Part shown: piece by piece, positions 23,817 through 32,000 of the stretch
Layout: the number at the start of each line of letters is the position of its first letter
Numbering within the stretch: the first letter of the stretch is position 1
Assembly (NCBI RefSeq): GCF_001481685.1
Contig: NZ_CP006867.1
Coordinates: 390,001 to 422,000 of the forward strand
Length of the DNA: 32,000 nt
Reading direction: 5' to 3'
Source: Ignicoccus islandicus DSM 13165
Lineage (GTDB): Archaea; Thermoproteota; Thermoprotei_A; Sulfolobales; Ignicoccaceae
The notes under the pieces: model-generated
The model's input: the letters and a program-made list of their open reading frames with translations, nothing else
The model's database searches: none
Told to the model about the DNA's origin: nothing
Position numbers and translations under genes: made by a program

Positions 23817-24770
23817 TTAGAACGTGGGTACTAGGGTTTCGCAATGAACATCTATTCTATTCTCTATTGCGGCTTCAATGTAATCCACGAACCTCTTTAT
23901 TTGCAGTAATGCGGGACTGGATTCGGGAGTATAATTGAGGGACGCGGGAGAAGCTAGACCTCCAGCGAAAACGTCATAGAGCTTCCCGTCGAAGGGTACT
24001 ACCATCGCAACTCTTCCGTTAACCTTTTGACATAGATCGAGGACGTATTCCTTAGCTTTATTTATTTCATCCAAGTTAGGTCTAACCATGTTGACTACAG
24101 TTCCTAAAACGGGAATGTTTTTAGTATACCTTTCGTGCAGTTGACCGATTAGTTTTATCATGTTGGGAGAACTATCGGAAAGCAAGTTGAGCCAAGAGCT
24201 AGTCCTCGAGAGGAGTCTCTGGTAAGTGTAATATGCCGCCCAAGAGGGTACGGGGTAATCGTTGAAAACTACGTCGTACCTCTTAGCAAGCGTTTCAACT
24301 GCGTTCTTCATTTTGTCGACCGTTTGTATAACTTTAGATGGATCGTTCATCTCTTCTAAGAGTCTATTTATATTACCCGGTATGTCGTCGTTCGTTACTG
24401 CTGGAACGACGTTTATTGTAACTGATCCTCTCCTGCCGGTTATCGTAGTTTCCCTTACCGCAGAGAGTATGTCTACTTCACCGATTAACACTTTAACGAG
24501 ACTTGGACCTTCGCCTAAATCCTTCAATAATCTAAGTGAAAGTCGAGGAGACATTATGTCCCAATCGATGAAGACTATTTCCTTACCCCTCATAATTAAC
24601 TGAACTCCGCTTTCTAGCTGTATAGTTGTCTTACCGATACCTCCTTTGGGAGAAGAGTTTCCTATAGCATTCATAACGCTAACTCTTTCAGGCAATTTCT
24701 CCTCTTCAATAATTATCTCCTTAGGCTTCTTTCGAGCGAACAAGCGCGCTAATAGTTTCAAGATATTCAT
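23817..24770 (-). CDS. ParA/MinD-superfamily P-loop ATPase with an N-terminal extension
   Basis: Deviant Walker A SPKGGIGKTT, IDWDIMSP, YDVVFNDYP. GGTGAT lies 6 nt upstream of the ATG. Confidence 0.7.
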   Translation of the reverse strand: MNILKLLARLFARKKPKEIIIEEEKLPERVSVMNAIGNSSPKGGIGKTTIQLESGVQLIMRGKEIVFIDWDIMSPRLSLRLLKDLGEGPSLVKVLIGEVDILSAVRETTITGRRGSVTINVVPAVTNDDIPGNINRLLEEMNDPSKVIQTVDKMKNAVETLAKRYDVVFNDYPVPSWAAYYTYQRLLSRTSSWLNLLSDSSPNMIKLIGQLHERYTKNIPVLGTVVNMVRPNLDEINKAKEYVLDLCQKVNGRVAMVVPFDGKLYDVFAGGLASPASLNYTPESSPALLQIKRFVDYIEAAIENRIDVHCETLVPTF

Positions 24771-24837
24771 TTGATATCACCGTTCCCCAAAACGACTCCT
24801 TATTGTCTGTTATTTCTTGCATGGCTTAAACTTATAT

Positions 24838-26358
24838 TTATTCCTCGGTATATTTCACTTTTATCTTCATGTTTAACTTACTCTCAAGCTTCTTTAGTTT
24901 CTTAGCCTTCTTCAAGACGTTCTTTGACATCCATTTAGGTATCGTAACTACTACAGTTCCGTCCTTTACTTCAATAGATGTCGCCTCTGGTAATACCTTG
25001 TAAATCAAATTTTGGATCTTTTCGGCACCCTTGGTACCAATCCGCTTAACTGGAATAACCATGGTTTGCTCGCCCCAAGTATATATCTCGTATTCCAATT
25101 CGCCAGTCAAGAAGTTCCTAACTTCCACTACCGGTCTCGATAGGTCAGCCTCCTTTAGTCCAGTAGGTAGTTTGACGGTCATTTGAAGCTCGTAAACTTT
25201 AGCGACCTCACCGCTGTCAATGAAGATTACCGTATCTACGATGCTCGGGATCATACCGAGCTCCACTCTACCTATAAGCCTTTGAACGGCGTCTATTGGA
25301 GTAGTTGCGTGAACTACTCCCACCATGCCAATTCCCGCCATCCTTAGATCCGAATAGAGCTTGAAGTCTTCGTCAGTCCTCATTTCATCGAATATCGTGT
25401 AATCGGGCCTCGACAATAACAAGATAGCATAAAGTTCCTGCAAGCTCGTATGCTCTTTGGAATATTGAGTTATAGTGCTTGGAAGGATCATGTCCCTTGG
25501 GGACTCAATCGTCTTAACTATCTTCCCTTTCTCAGCATAGTACTCTGCTAAGGCTTGAGCGAAGGTGGTTTTACCAGCTCCAGGGGAACCTGCGATGAGA
25601 ATGCCTTCGGCCCTCTCTTCGAGCCTCTTTATTAGCTTCTCGGGGAGATCGTAATCGCTTAACTTGAGCTTAGCCACTGGCCTTACGGCAGTTATCTCCC
25701 ATCCATCGGAGAGCGGAGGCCTAGTTATTACGATTCTATACCTTCCCAGCTGAACTACGGTCGTTCCCTCTTTATCTACCTCGATATACGAATCCTTCCT
25801 AGATCTGGCTGCCTCGATTATTTCGAAGGCTATTTCCTCTAACTCGGAAGCAGTTAAGGGAGTCTCCCTAATGGTGACCATTTCCCAATCGCCAGGCCTT
25901 CCCTTCTTAGCCCTAGGAAGGTCTCCCTCCTTTAGGTGTATGCTCATTGTATCCTCGTCGAAGAATTCCTCGAACTTCAGTTTCAGAGGCTTAAAGTCAC
26001 CTATATAGAATACTCTTATCCCCATAGCCGTCGCTACTAAGCTCTGCACTCTATCGCTCGTAACTAAGATGCCATTGAGCTTTCTAACTAAATGTCTGAG
26101 AGCTTCGTTGACGTCTCTTTCCTTATCGTCGTAGAGCTCGAGTACGATTAAACCTTCCTTCTCTAAGTCCTTCAAGTTAGCTATTTCCTCTAGGCCAGTG
26201 ATTCCGGAAGCGAGGCCCTTCTTAGCCTCTTTTTCCAATTCCCTTATTATTGCCGTATGGAGGGCTATTCTCCCTCTGATGTATCCTGCCTTAATGAACT
26301 TAGTTAAGGTCCCTCTCAATATAGTGCTCATATCCGGGACGTAGACTTCTGACTCCAA
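24838..26358 (-). CDS. PIN-domain / PilT-type ATPase / KH-domain protein (COG1855-like)
   Basis: An N-terminal PIN-like segment (VPDMSTIL...LVTSDRVQSLVATAMGIRVFYI), Walker A GSPGAGKTT, Walker B TIFDEMR, and a C-terminal KH-like tail. Confidence 0.7.
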   Translation of the reverse strand: MESEVYVPDMSTILRGTLTKFIKAGYIRGRIALHTAIIRELEKEAKKGLASGITGLEEIANLKDLEKEGLIVLELYDDKERDVNEALRHLVRKLNGILVTSDRVQSLVATAMGIRVFYIGDFKPLKLKFEEFFDEDTMSIHLKEGDLPRAKKGRPGDWEMVTIRETPLTASELEEIAFEIIEAARSRKDSYIEVDKEGTTVVQLGRYRIVITRPPLSDGWEITAVRPVAKLKLSDYDLPEKLIKRLEERAEGILIAGSPGAGKTTFAQALAEYYAEKGKIVKTIESPRDMILPSTITQYSKEHTSLQELYAILLLSRPDYTIFDEMRTDEDFKLYSDLRMAGIGMVGVVHATTPIDAVQRLIGRVELGMIPSIVDTVIFIDSGEVAKVYELQMTVKLPTGLKEADLSRPVVEVRNFLTGELEYEIYTWGEQTMVIPVKRIGTKGAEKIQNLIYKVLPEATSIEVKDGTVVVTIPKWMSKNVLKKAKKLKKLESKLNMKIKVKYTEE

Positions 26359-26420
26359 TTACGATAGCCCCCATAACGTTTCAAATACGGACGAAAAAAG
26401 TTATTCGGTGGGTCTATTCC

Positions 26421-27191
26421 TTGCATGAGCTGGCACTATTGCTGGGCCTTAACGTTACGTTGTTGAATGGAACTAGTATATGTATGAGCTATCAGTGGAG
26501 GAACGGGAGTTTGCTAGCAACCGACTTGACGCTAAGCTTTTTGCGTTTAGTATATTCGAAAGGCGTTTGTTACGAGGGTAAGGAACTTTTATCTATTGAA
26601 AGGCCCTTGGAAATAATGGCTAACTTCACGGAGCATGAGGTAAACGGAACGAAAGCTAAGATGAAAATTGATAAATACGTAATTCAATGGTATTACCTAA
26701 TGTTAAGCACGAGTAAGTACAGCAAGTTGGGTGAGGAGCTAGTAGAATGTATAGAAAATAGATCCCCCGTTTCGGATGTATGCTTCTTAGCGTTACAAGG
26801 CCTCTATTACAAGGCGTATTCGAGGCCCTTAGTGGTCAAGTACTTGGACGGATGTATTGCTAGAAATATAGATTACTTAAACGCAACAATTCCTAAGGAC
26901 GTGGTCCTATGGACCCTTTCCCATTACCAACTAAGGAAATTCGAGTTTCGCAACGAAACAATTATTCCCTTGGCCATTGACTTCTTAAGAAGCCTTTACG
27001 CATACTTAATTTACTATTATCCCAAAGAAGCGAAACTAGTAAAGGAACTATACGTGAGTGCAATCGAAAGCACGTGTTCGTGGAATCAAGCTGTTTCAAT
27101 AACTCTGAGTCTACTTACCTACAGAGAAAAGTGGTGGCTATATTATCCGAAGCTCGTTATCGTTCTTAGCTCGCTCCCAGTGTCATCTTGA
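26421..27191 (+). CDS. Hypothetical protein, sequon-rich, AT-rich gene
   Basis: 256-aa ORF with a TTG start 8 nt after GGTGGG. No competing ORF covers this 770-bp span. No family recognised. Confidence 0.5.
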   Translation: MHELALLLGLNVTLLNGTSICMSYQWRNGSLLATDLTLSFLRLVYSKGVCYEGKELLSIERPLEIMANFTEHEVNGTKAKMKIDKYVIQWYYLMLSTSKYSKLGEELVECIENRSPVSDVCFLALQGLYYKAYSRPLVVKYLDGCIARNIDYLNATIPKDVVLWTLSHYQLRKFEFRNETIIPLAIDFLRSLYAYLIYYYPKEAKLVKELYVSAIESTCSWNQAVSITLSLLTYREKWWLYYPKLVIVLSSLPVSS

Positions 27192-28485
27192 CGATTTCCC
27201 TTATGGCTCTTACGTAATCCGCCGGTAGATCTTGTATTAGTGGATCGATGAAGCCTATCGTGAGCATTTGTATTGCCTCGTGTTCGTCGAAGCCCATACT
27301 TCTTAGGTAGAATACTTGTTCCTCGCCTATTCTGCCTACAGTTCCCTCGTGAGCTAAATCTGCCTCAGCGACTTCACTAACTAATTTCGGAATAGTAACG
27401 TTCTTTGCGCCATCGTTGAGCAGCAGCGTATTGCACGCTTGGTGTCCTATTACGTCTCTAGCGTCCTTCTTAACTATTATCTCACCTAAGAACTCTTCGA
27501 AGCTTTGGTCCTTCATGACGCTTCTGTTGACTACGGATGACCTAGTCTTAGGAGCCTCATGGATCACTGTAGAGCCGCTCCACGAGCTCATCCTTCTTTT
27601 GAGGAACGCTATGTTGTTATACGAGACTTTGGCTCCCTTACCTACTAGCCTTATTTTAGGTCTCATACCTATCCTAATTCCGCCCAAGGCGACTCCGAGT
27701 TCTTCTAGCTGCGCGTTTTCGTGAACTTCAGCGCCCTTCACTGGAACGTGTACCACCTCGCCTAACCAGTTCTCGAGGCTCGAAACCCTTAGCCTAGAGC
27801 CAGTTAGTGCATAGAATTCGCTTCCGCCCAAGTGAACGCTATATGGAGCCGGTATCGGTACTATACAGCCTTCAATGAAGTGAAGGTAGCTTCTCTCATC
27901 TGCTATTATTAGAGTGTGCTCAGTCTGAGCTAATTGTTCCTCTGTAATCACGAAGAACGCTTGCACCGGGAACGGAACCCTTACTCCCTTCGGTACGTAA
28001 ACGAACGTACCACCCCTCCTCAAGGCCACGTGGAGTGCAGCTAACTTGTGCGATTCCGGCGTTTGGGCTCTATGGAGGAACTTTTTGACTATGTCTGGGT
28101 GTTCCCTTACGGCTTCATCAAGGGATTTCAGTATTACGCCCTTCTTCCTCAGCTCCCTCTTTTGCGCTTCGTACACTACGTTCTCGTTAACCATTACAGT
28201 AACTCCGGCCAGCATGCTTTGCTCGATATCTGGAACGCCTATTCTGTCGAGTATAGTTTTGTACCATTCTGGAATTTGATCTTCGGATGGTTTCACGAAC
28301 TCCTCTTGGGCTGCCTTTGCAGCAAAGGCCTCTAAGTCGAAGTCCTCAGGCATCCAAGGGGGAGTTGGAACTTTATCGTAAAGCTCGGCAGCCTTTAGCC
28401 TGAGCTTATAGGCCCATTCCGGTTCCTTCAATTTCTTCGATATTTCATCGATGTAGTACTTGAGAATAGAATAAGAGGACTTCAA
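27166..28485 (-). CDS. sufB: Fe-S cluster assembly protein, SufB/SufD family
   Basis: 439-aa ORF whose TTG start overlaps the sufC stop, with GGAGGTGG upstream. C-terminal SufBD-type strings: AHEGTVGRIGEEQVFYLRSMGFDEHEAIQMLTIGF. Confidence 0.75.
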   Translation of the reverse strand: MKSSYSILKYYIDEISKKLKEPEWAYKLRLKAAELYDKVPTPPWMPEDFDLEAFAAKAAQEEFVKPSEDQIPEWYKTILDRIGVPDIEQSMLAGVTVMVNENVVYEAQKRELRKKGVILKSLDEAVREHPDIVKKFLHRAQTPESHKLAALHVALRRGGTFVYVPKGVRVPFPVQAFFVITEEQLAQTEHTLIIADERSYLHFIEGCIVPIPAPYSVHLGGSEFYALTGSRLRVSSLENWLGEVVHVPVKGAEVHENAQLEELGVALGGIRIGMRPKIRLVGKGAKVSYNNIAFLKRRMSSWSGSTVIHEAPKTRSSVVNRSVMKDQSFEEFLGEIIVKKDARDVIGHQACNTLLLNDGAKNVTIPKLVSEVAEADLAHEGTVGRIGEEQVFYLRSMGFDEHEAIQMLTIGFIDPLIQDLPADYVRAIREIVKMTLGAS

Positions 28486-29195
28486 TGCATAACCACCTCC
28501 TTAAACCCTTTCTTCTCAATTTCTTCGACAAGAGAAATATCTCCGGACTTAACGATTCTCCCATCTATCATTACGTGAACTTTATGCGGGGTAACGTACT
28601 TCAAGATGTTTCTATAATGCGTTATTACTAGAACGGAAGTACCCATTTGAAGGAGCTTGTTGATTGTATTGGCGATGACCTTTATGCTTTCTACGTCGAC
28701 TCCGGAATCAGGCTCGTCCATAACAACTACTTTCGGTTTGGCCGCGAGAATTCTAGCCGTTTCGAACCTCTTCCTTTCTCCGCCGCTAAAGCCCTTATTG
28801 ACGTAACGATAGGCGAAGCTGGGAGGTAAGTTAACCTCCTTTAGTAACTCCTCAACGTCAACTTTAGATCCGAATCGCTCGGAAATCTTATTTATAAGAT
28901 CTGCCACGTACACTCCTTCCAATTCCGGGGGTGTCTGGAACAATACCATTAAGCCTTTCCGAGCCCTCTCTTCCGGAGGTAAGTGCGTTATCTCCTCTCC
29001 ACATAAAACTATTTTCCCCTTCTCGACGACGTATTTGGGATGGCCAGCTAAGGTCATAGCCAGCGTACTCTTTCCCGCACCGTTAGGTCCCATTAGTATA
29101 TGTAGCTCTCCTTTCGGTATGTTTAAATTCACTCCTTTGAGTATTTCCTTTCCCTCTACCTTGACCCATAGGTCAATTACTTCAAGGGCGTTCAT
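28482..29195 (-). CDS. sufC: Fe-S cluster assembly ATPase SufC
   Basis: Walker A GPNGAGKST, ABC signature FSGGERKR, Walker B VVMDEPDSGVD, and an H-loop ITHY. Confidence 0.9.
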   Translation of the reverse strand: MNALEVIDLWVKVEGKEILKGVNLNIPKGELHILMGPNGAGKSTLAMTLAGHPKYVVEKGKIVLCGEEITHLPPEERARKGLMVLFQTPPELEGVYVADLINKISERFGSKVDVEELLKEVNLPPSFAYRYVNKGFSGGERKRFETARILAAKPKVVVMDEPDSGVDVESIKVIANTINKLLQMGTSVLVITHYRNILKYVTPHKVHVMIDGRIVKSGDISLVEEIEKKGFKEVVMH

Positions 29196-29297
29196 GTTAA
29201 ACCCAGTTTACATTTACACTAAAGTTTAAATGTTGTGAGGGGTTAGAGGAGCAACTCTTCTTCATTACGTCCGTTGAAACCGGTACTCTTCATCCCC

Positions 29298-30038
29298 CTA
29301 TAGCTTGATAATCTTCCTAATCTTTCCGTCTTGTATTACGTAGATATCCTCTATACCATATTCCTTCAATTGCTCTCTGATAGTGCTCAGAAGGTCGTTC
29401 TCAAATGCTTGGATATGAGTTGGACTAATAGTTAGTAGGACGTGCTTCCTGCCCTCTTCGTCTGCAACCGTTGCCAATGCATAATCTTCAATAGAATTGG
29501 CCTCCAATGCAACTATTAATATTCGAGAAGCATCTTTAAGCGCAGTTATCGGTTCTTGCGAACCGGGTTCAGGCAATAGATCAGTTGGGTACATCTTCGA
29601 GCTCATTTGCGTGATCTTTAGTATCGGCGGTTGTTCTATCGCTGCAAGCTCCTCAACTTCCTCGGGCGGTTGAATTGACGAAGCTTGCTCAAGCTTTCCG
29701 AGGAGGTCTCTTTCGAACTCATATACTTCAGCGACTATCCTCTCTACCTCCCCTTCTACTCTAAATTGAGAAAGAGGTTTCGTGGAACTCTTTACCTCTG
29801 CGTCGCAAACTATCGCCTCTAGCCTTTCCCAAGTGCCGTTAGCTAATCCGAAGTTCAATATTACGTGCCTACATCCTTCGTATCCAGCTAGCTCCCGTAT
29901 AGTTCCCTCGAGGTCAGTATACTTCATTTTCGGAAGTAGTTTAACTTCAACTTCCCGTTCATTAACGAACAGATAGGCTTGTACTAGTGGGTTACTGAGG
30001 TCCACCTTGAGATCCTTGGTCATTTTTAAGAGATTCAA
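29298..30038 (-). CDS. Hypothetical two-domain protein with an acidic/Pro-rich linker
   Basis: 246-aa ORF, start at TTG 30038 or ATG 30023. It lies 10-25 nt downstream of the DUF190-like gene. No family recognised. Confidence 0.55.
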   Translation of the reverse strand: MNLLKMTKDLKVDLSNPLVQAYLFVNEREVEVKLLPKMKYTDLEGTIRELAGYEGCRHVILNFGLANGTWERLEAIVCDAEVKSSTKPLSQFRVEGEVERIVAEVYEFERDLLGKLEQASSIQPPEEVEELAAIEQPPILKITQMSSKMYPTDLLPEPGSQEPITALKDASRILIVALEANSIEDYALATVADEEGRKHVLLTISPTHIQAFENDLLSTIREQLKEYGIEDIYVIQDGKIRKIIKL

Positions 30039-30048
30039 GGAAAATATA

Positions 30049-30354
30049 TTAAATTATCTCAACGTCAAATACGATGACTAAAAGGTCCTCCTTCAGCGAT
30101 TTGACTATCTTAGCACCTTTCTCTACTTGCTCTTCAGAACCAACCATTATTACCATTATCGGGTCGTCTCCATGACCGTGAAATGGATCAATGTACGAAA
30201 GGCCTTTATGCCTCCCATAACCCATTATCCCTTTAAATACGCTCACTCCGGGCATTCCGGCTTCTTTGAATTTCTCAACAATCAACTTGAATAAGGGTTT
30301 ATCATCTACGAACATGCCTTCGTGAAGCAATACCACTAGGGTCTTTGCTTTCAT
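30049..30354 (-). CDS. DUF190 (PII-like fold) family protein
   Basis: KPLFKLIVEKFKEAGMPGVSVFKGIMGYGRHKG...PIMVIMVGSEEQVEK. ATG 30354 follows GGTGGT; the ORF track starts at GTG 30363. Confidence 0.6.
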   Translation of the reverse strand: MKAKTLVVLLHEGMFVDDKPLFKLIVEKFKEAGMPGVSVFKGIMGYGRHKGLSYIDPFHGHGDDPIMVIMVGSEEQVEKGAKIVKSLKEDLLVIVFDVEII

Positions 30355-30411
30355 CGCAACCACCTTTGACTTCCTGAACTGTTCTTGTTGACAGCAAAAT
30401 GATTTATTAAT

Positions 30412-31209
30412 TTAAACGTCACCCTCAATTAAGTTAAGTGCCTCAGAGAGCGTTTCCTTGTTGGGTGCTTCGATAAGAGTTACCAAGGAGTAAGTTTTCA
30501 GGTCATCAATTCTCATTGAAATTGCTTCTTTAATTATGTCTATATCGAAGCAAAAGTCCTTCGTTAAGCATACGTGTAGTTTAGATGATGGATCTATCAG
30601 AGCCATCGCTATCTTTTGGGGATTATTTAGGGGAATGAGTTCCCTTTTCGCTAACATTCTAAGGGCAGCTCGTCCAAGAACGTTATCGAAGTGGATTAAT
30701 CCTTCGAAACCCCAAGGTGCGATTTTCAATGCGTTTGAAAAAGCAATAATGAGATACGGTAAGCCGTTTCCTTCTAGTTCTTTAAGTACATCTATAAGGG
30801 AGAACTTGCTCTTATGATTAAGGTAATGTAATGAAAGGCTTGCGCCTAGAAGGAACCAACTTAGTTCCTTCCCCCTTTTCATGTTTAGGAGGTCAGTGAG
30901 GTGCTCCGGGTCATATATAATCGCTTTCATGAGGGGGTCATATCTTATTGGAACCGTTTCCTTAGTACACTTGAGAGAGGACCAGAACTTCTCTGAGATT
31001 TCGACAAGTCTCGCGAAGCTTTCTTCGGGGTCGTCGCCCTTCCTCCATTCGAGGCCCTCGACTATTGGGATACATATATCACCTCCTTCCCCTTTAACCA
31101 ATTTGACGTCTCTGGCTCTGAAATACCACTGAAGGATCCCGAAAGCTTGTTCAACCCATTCAATCTGGTCCACGTTAGTTTCCCCGAAGTTCAATGGAAG
31201 GTACCTCAA
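30412..31209 (-). CDS. Hypothetical protein (265 aa)
   Basis: Long ORF with a TTG start ~30 bp from the shared AT-rich element. It is the first gene of a same-strand three-gene cluster. No family recognised. Confidence 0.55.
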   Translation of the reverse strand: MRYLPLNFGETNVDQIEWVEQAFGILQWYFRARDVKLVKGEGGDICIPIVEGLEWRKGDDPEESFARLVEISEKFWSSLKCTKETVPIRYDPLMKAIIYDPEHLTDLLNMKRGKELSWFLLGASLSLHYLNHKSKFSLIDVLKELEGNGLPYLIIAFSNALKIAPWGFEGLIHFDNVLGRAALRMLAKRELIPLNNPQKIAMALIDPSSKLHVCLTKDFCFDIDIIKEAISMRIDDLKTYSLVTLIEAPNKETLSEALNLIEGDV

Positions 31210-31232
31210 TATAATTGAAGGCTAGTTGAGAT

Positions 31233-31244
31233 AAATTTTTAAAG
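31233..31244. promoter_or_regulatory. Shared AT-only TATA-like element (aaatttttaaag) between tRNA-Val and the divergent 265-aa ORF
   Basis: Its centre is ~31 nt from the tRNA 5' end (31270) and ~30 nt from the start codon at 31209. Confidence 0.45.
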
Positions 31245-31269
31245 ACTTACCAAATGATGTGCTAACGGT

Positions 31270-31363
31270 GGGCCCGTCGTCTAGCCCGGAAGGACGCCGC
31301 CCTTACGAGCTATTGGGCTAGGAAAGGCGGTAGTCCGGGGTTCAAATCCCCGCGGGCCCACCA
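31270..31363 (+). tRNA. tRNA-Val (anticodon TAC) with a 17-nt intron after position 37; CCA encoded
   Basis: GGGCCCGTCGTCTAGCCCGGAAGGACGCCGCCCTTACG[AGCTATTGGGCTAGGAA]AGGCGGTAGTCCGGGGTTCAAATCCCCGCGGGCCCACCA. All stems pair. Confidence 0.88.
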
Positions 31364-31612
31364 TTCCTCTCCAATTCCCAGTGCTAACAAGTTCGGTCAA
31401 ACTACTTCGCCTTCGAGTATGTAAGCGTAACATATCTTAATAGCGTTCAGCATTACAGTAAGGAATTACTGTTGGATGATCTTGAATACTTCGAGCGATC
31501 ATCCGCAAGTACTTCAGTCCATTAGTAATTATCTAGCACAGTTCTTGAGGAGAATAGTGAGTGGTGTATAACGTCTTAATTATACGCTGCTGTAGCACCA
31601 TTTTAAACTTGC

Positions 31613-32000
31613 TTAGAGCCTTAGTCTCAGAAGTTCGCTCCATTTAGAGGGCATGAAGCGAGCTATTGCCGCTGCTAGAGGTGGTAGTATTCTGGTCTGA
31701 ACGTATACCTTCGTCGGACCTCTTACTTTAACTACGTACCCCTCACCGCCCAATAAGAAGTTCCTTAAGTTTCCGAACTTGACCACTTCCCATTGGGCAT
31801 TATCTGGCAAAGCAACGAAGTGCATATTGTCAATAATCATTTCATCCTCTACGTTAACTTCTATTACGTCTCCGTAACTTGAGACCCAGAAGCCTCCCTC
31901 TCCACATAACTTCAACCAAACTAGATCTCCCAAGACCAAGCCCTTGGGACCTTTCCAAGCTAAGTCTAGGTCTAGATCACCGTAGTGCGCTACATAGGAA
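31613..32000 (-). CDS. AIM24 (DUF124) family protein, C-terminal part; the ORF stays open to the window edge
   Basis: LCGEGGFWVSSYGDVIEVNV...IIDNMHFVAL...LLGGEGYVVKVRGPTKVYVQTR. The frame upstream of the track's TTG 31939 has no stop through 32000. Confidence 0.6.
   Translation of the reverse strand, partial: SYVAHYGDLDLDLAWKGPKGLVLGDLVWLKLCGEGGFWVSSYGDVIEVNVEDEMIIDNMHFVALPDNAQWEVVKFGNLRNFLLGGEGYVVKVRGPTKVYVQTRILPPLAAAIARFMPSKWSELLRLRL

Noticed and set aside
23678-23938. 86-aa plus-strand ORF and the 65-aa version of the minus-strand ORF (23647..23844)
   Set aside because: The plus-strand ORF runs antisense to the ParA-like 3' end and has no signals. The 65-aa version starts at a TTG inside the ParA-like gene, whereas the strong SD sits downstream of that start, favouring the 43-codon form.
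29237-29298. C/D-box-like geometry on the minus strand: GGGGG-ATGAAGA-12 nt-ACGG-5 nt-ATGAAGA-12 nt-CTAA-CCCC
   Set aside because: The spacing and terminal GGGG/CCCC stem fit an archaeal C/D sRNA remarkably well. However, both C boxes deviate from TGATGA, and both D boxes (ACGG, CTAA) lack the GA needed for the kink-turn. I cannot support it without a covariance or expression test, though a snoscan-type search would be worthwhile.
31364-31612. 250-bp spacer after tRNA-Val with a perfect 8-bp-stem hairpin (ggatgatc 31474-31481 / gatcatcc 31497-31504); possible ncRNA or attachment site
   Set aside because: A single hairpin of ordinary composition. There is no repeat of the tRNA 3' half, no flanking integrase and no recognisable RNA family signature.

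Overview
Archaeal chromosomal window, almost certainly from a hyperthermophilic Thermoproteota/Crenarchaeota-like organism. Very GC-rich stable-RNA genes sit in roughly 28-57% GC coding DNA (hand counts of sample lines): the 5' ~1.36 kb of a 23S rRNA on the minus strand, and three tRNAs that all encode CCA, two with 37/38 introns. Other archaeal markers are ribosomal protein L44e, an Rpo13-like ORF, TATA-like boxes ~25-30 bp from start codons, and GGAGGTGA-type Shine-Dalgarno sites inside operons. There are about 35 protein genes, mostly housekeeping or metabolic: BtpA family, DHH phosphoesterase, AOR-family oxidoreductase, ArgC/LysY, MtnA, AmmeMemoRadiSam radical-SAM enzyme, UspA, SufC-SufB/D, TetR, Hsp20, a PIN-PilT-type ATPase and a ParA-like ATPase. 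I found no CRISPR array, transposase, integrase or recognisable defence gene. Points worth a second look: (1) an AT-rich block next to tRNA-Asn holds two diverged GT2 glycosyltransferase paralogues, each paired with its own ~113-aa two-TM protein ending in a conserved charged helix (DPM3-like architecture). The two GT genes share a 65-nt perfectly identical tract. This is my best candidate for an undescribed two-component module. (2) A LeuRS paralogue lacks both HIGH and KMSKS. (3) A decayed Mvh-like [NiFe]-hydrogenase locus keeps only the C-terminal 180 codons of the large subunit plus a coupled ferredoxin. (4) A carbamoyltransferase carries a large insertion and a sharp intragenic GC drop, followed by 694 bp of non-coding DNA and preceded by two tandem paralogous membrane proteins. 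(5) Several unannotated short ORFs have near-perfect SD sites, one directly coupled to the radical-SAM gene and one behind the ParA-like gene. (6) The 23S rRNA gene has no 16S upstream. (7) Divergent gene pairs are placed symmetrically around single shared TATA-like elements. All functional calls rest on motif recognition by eye; no database search was possible.
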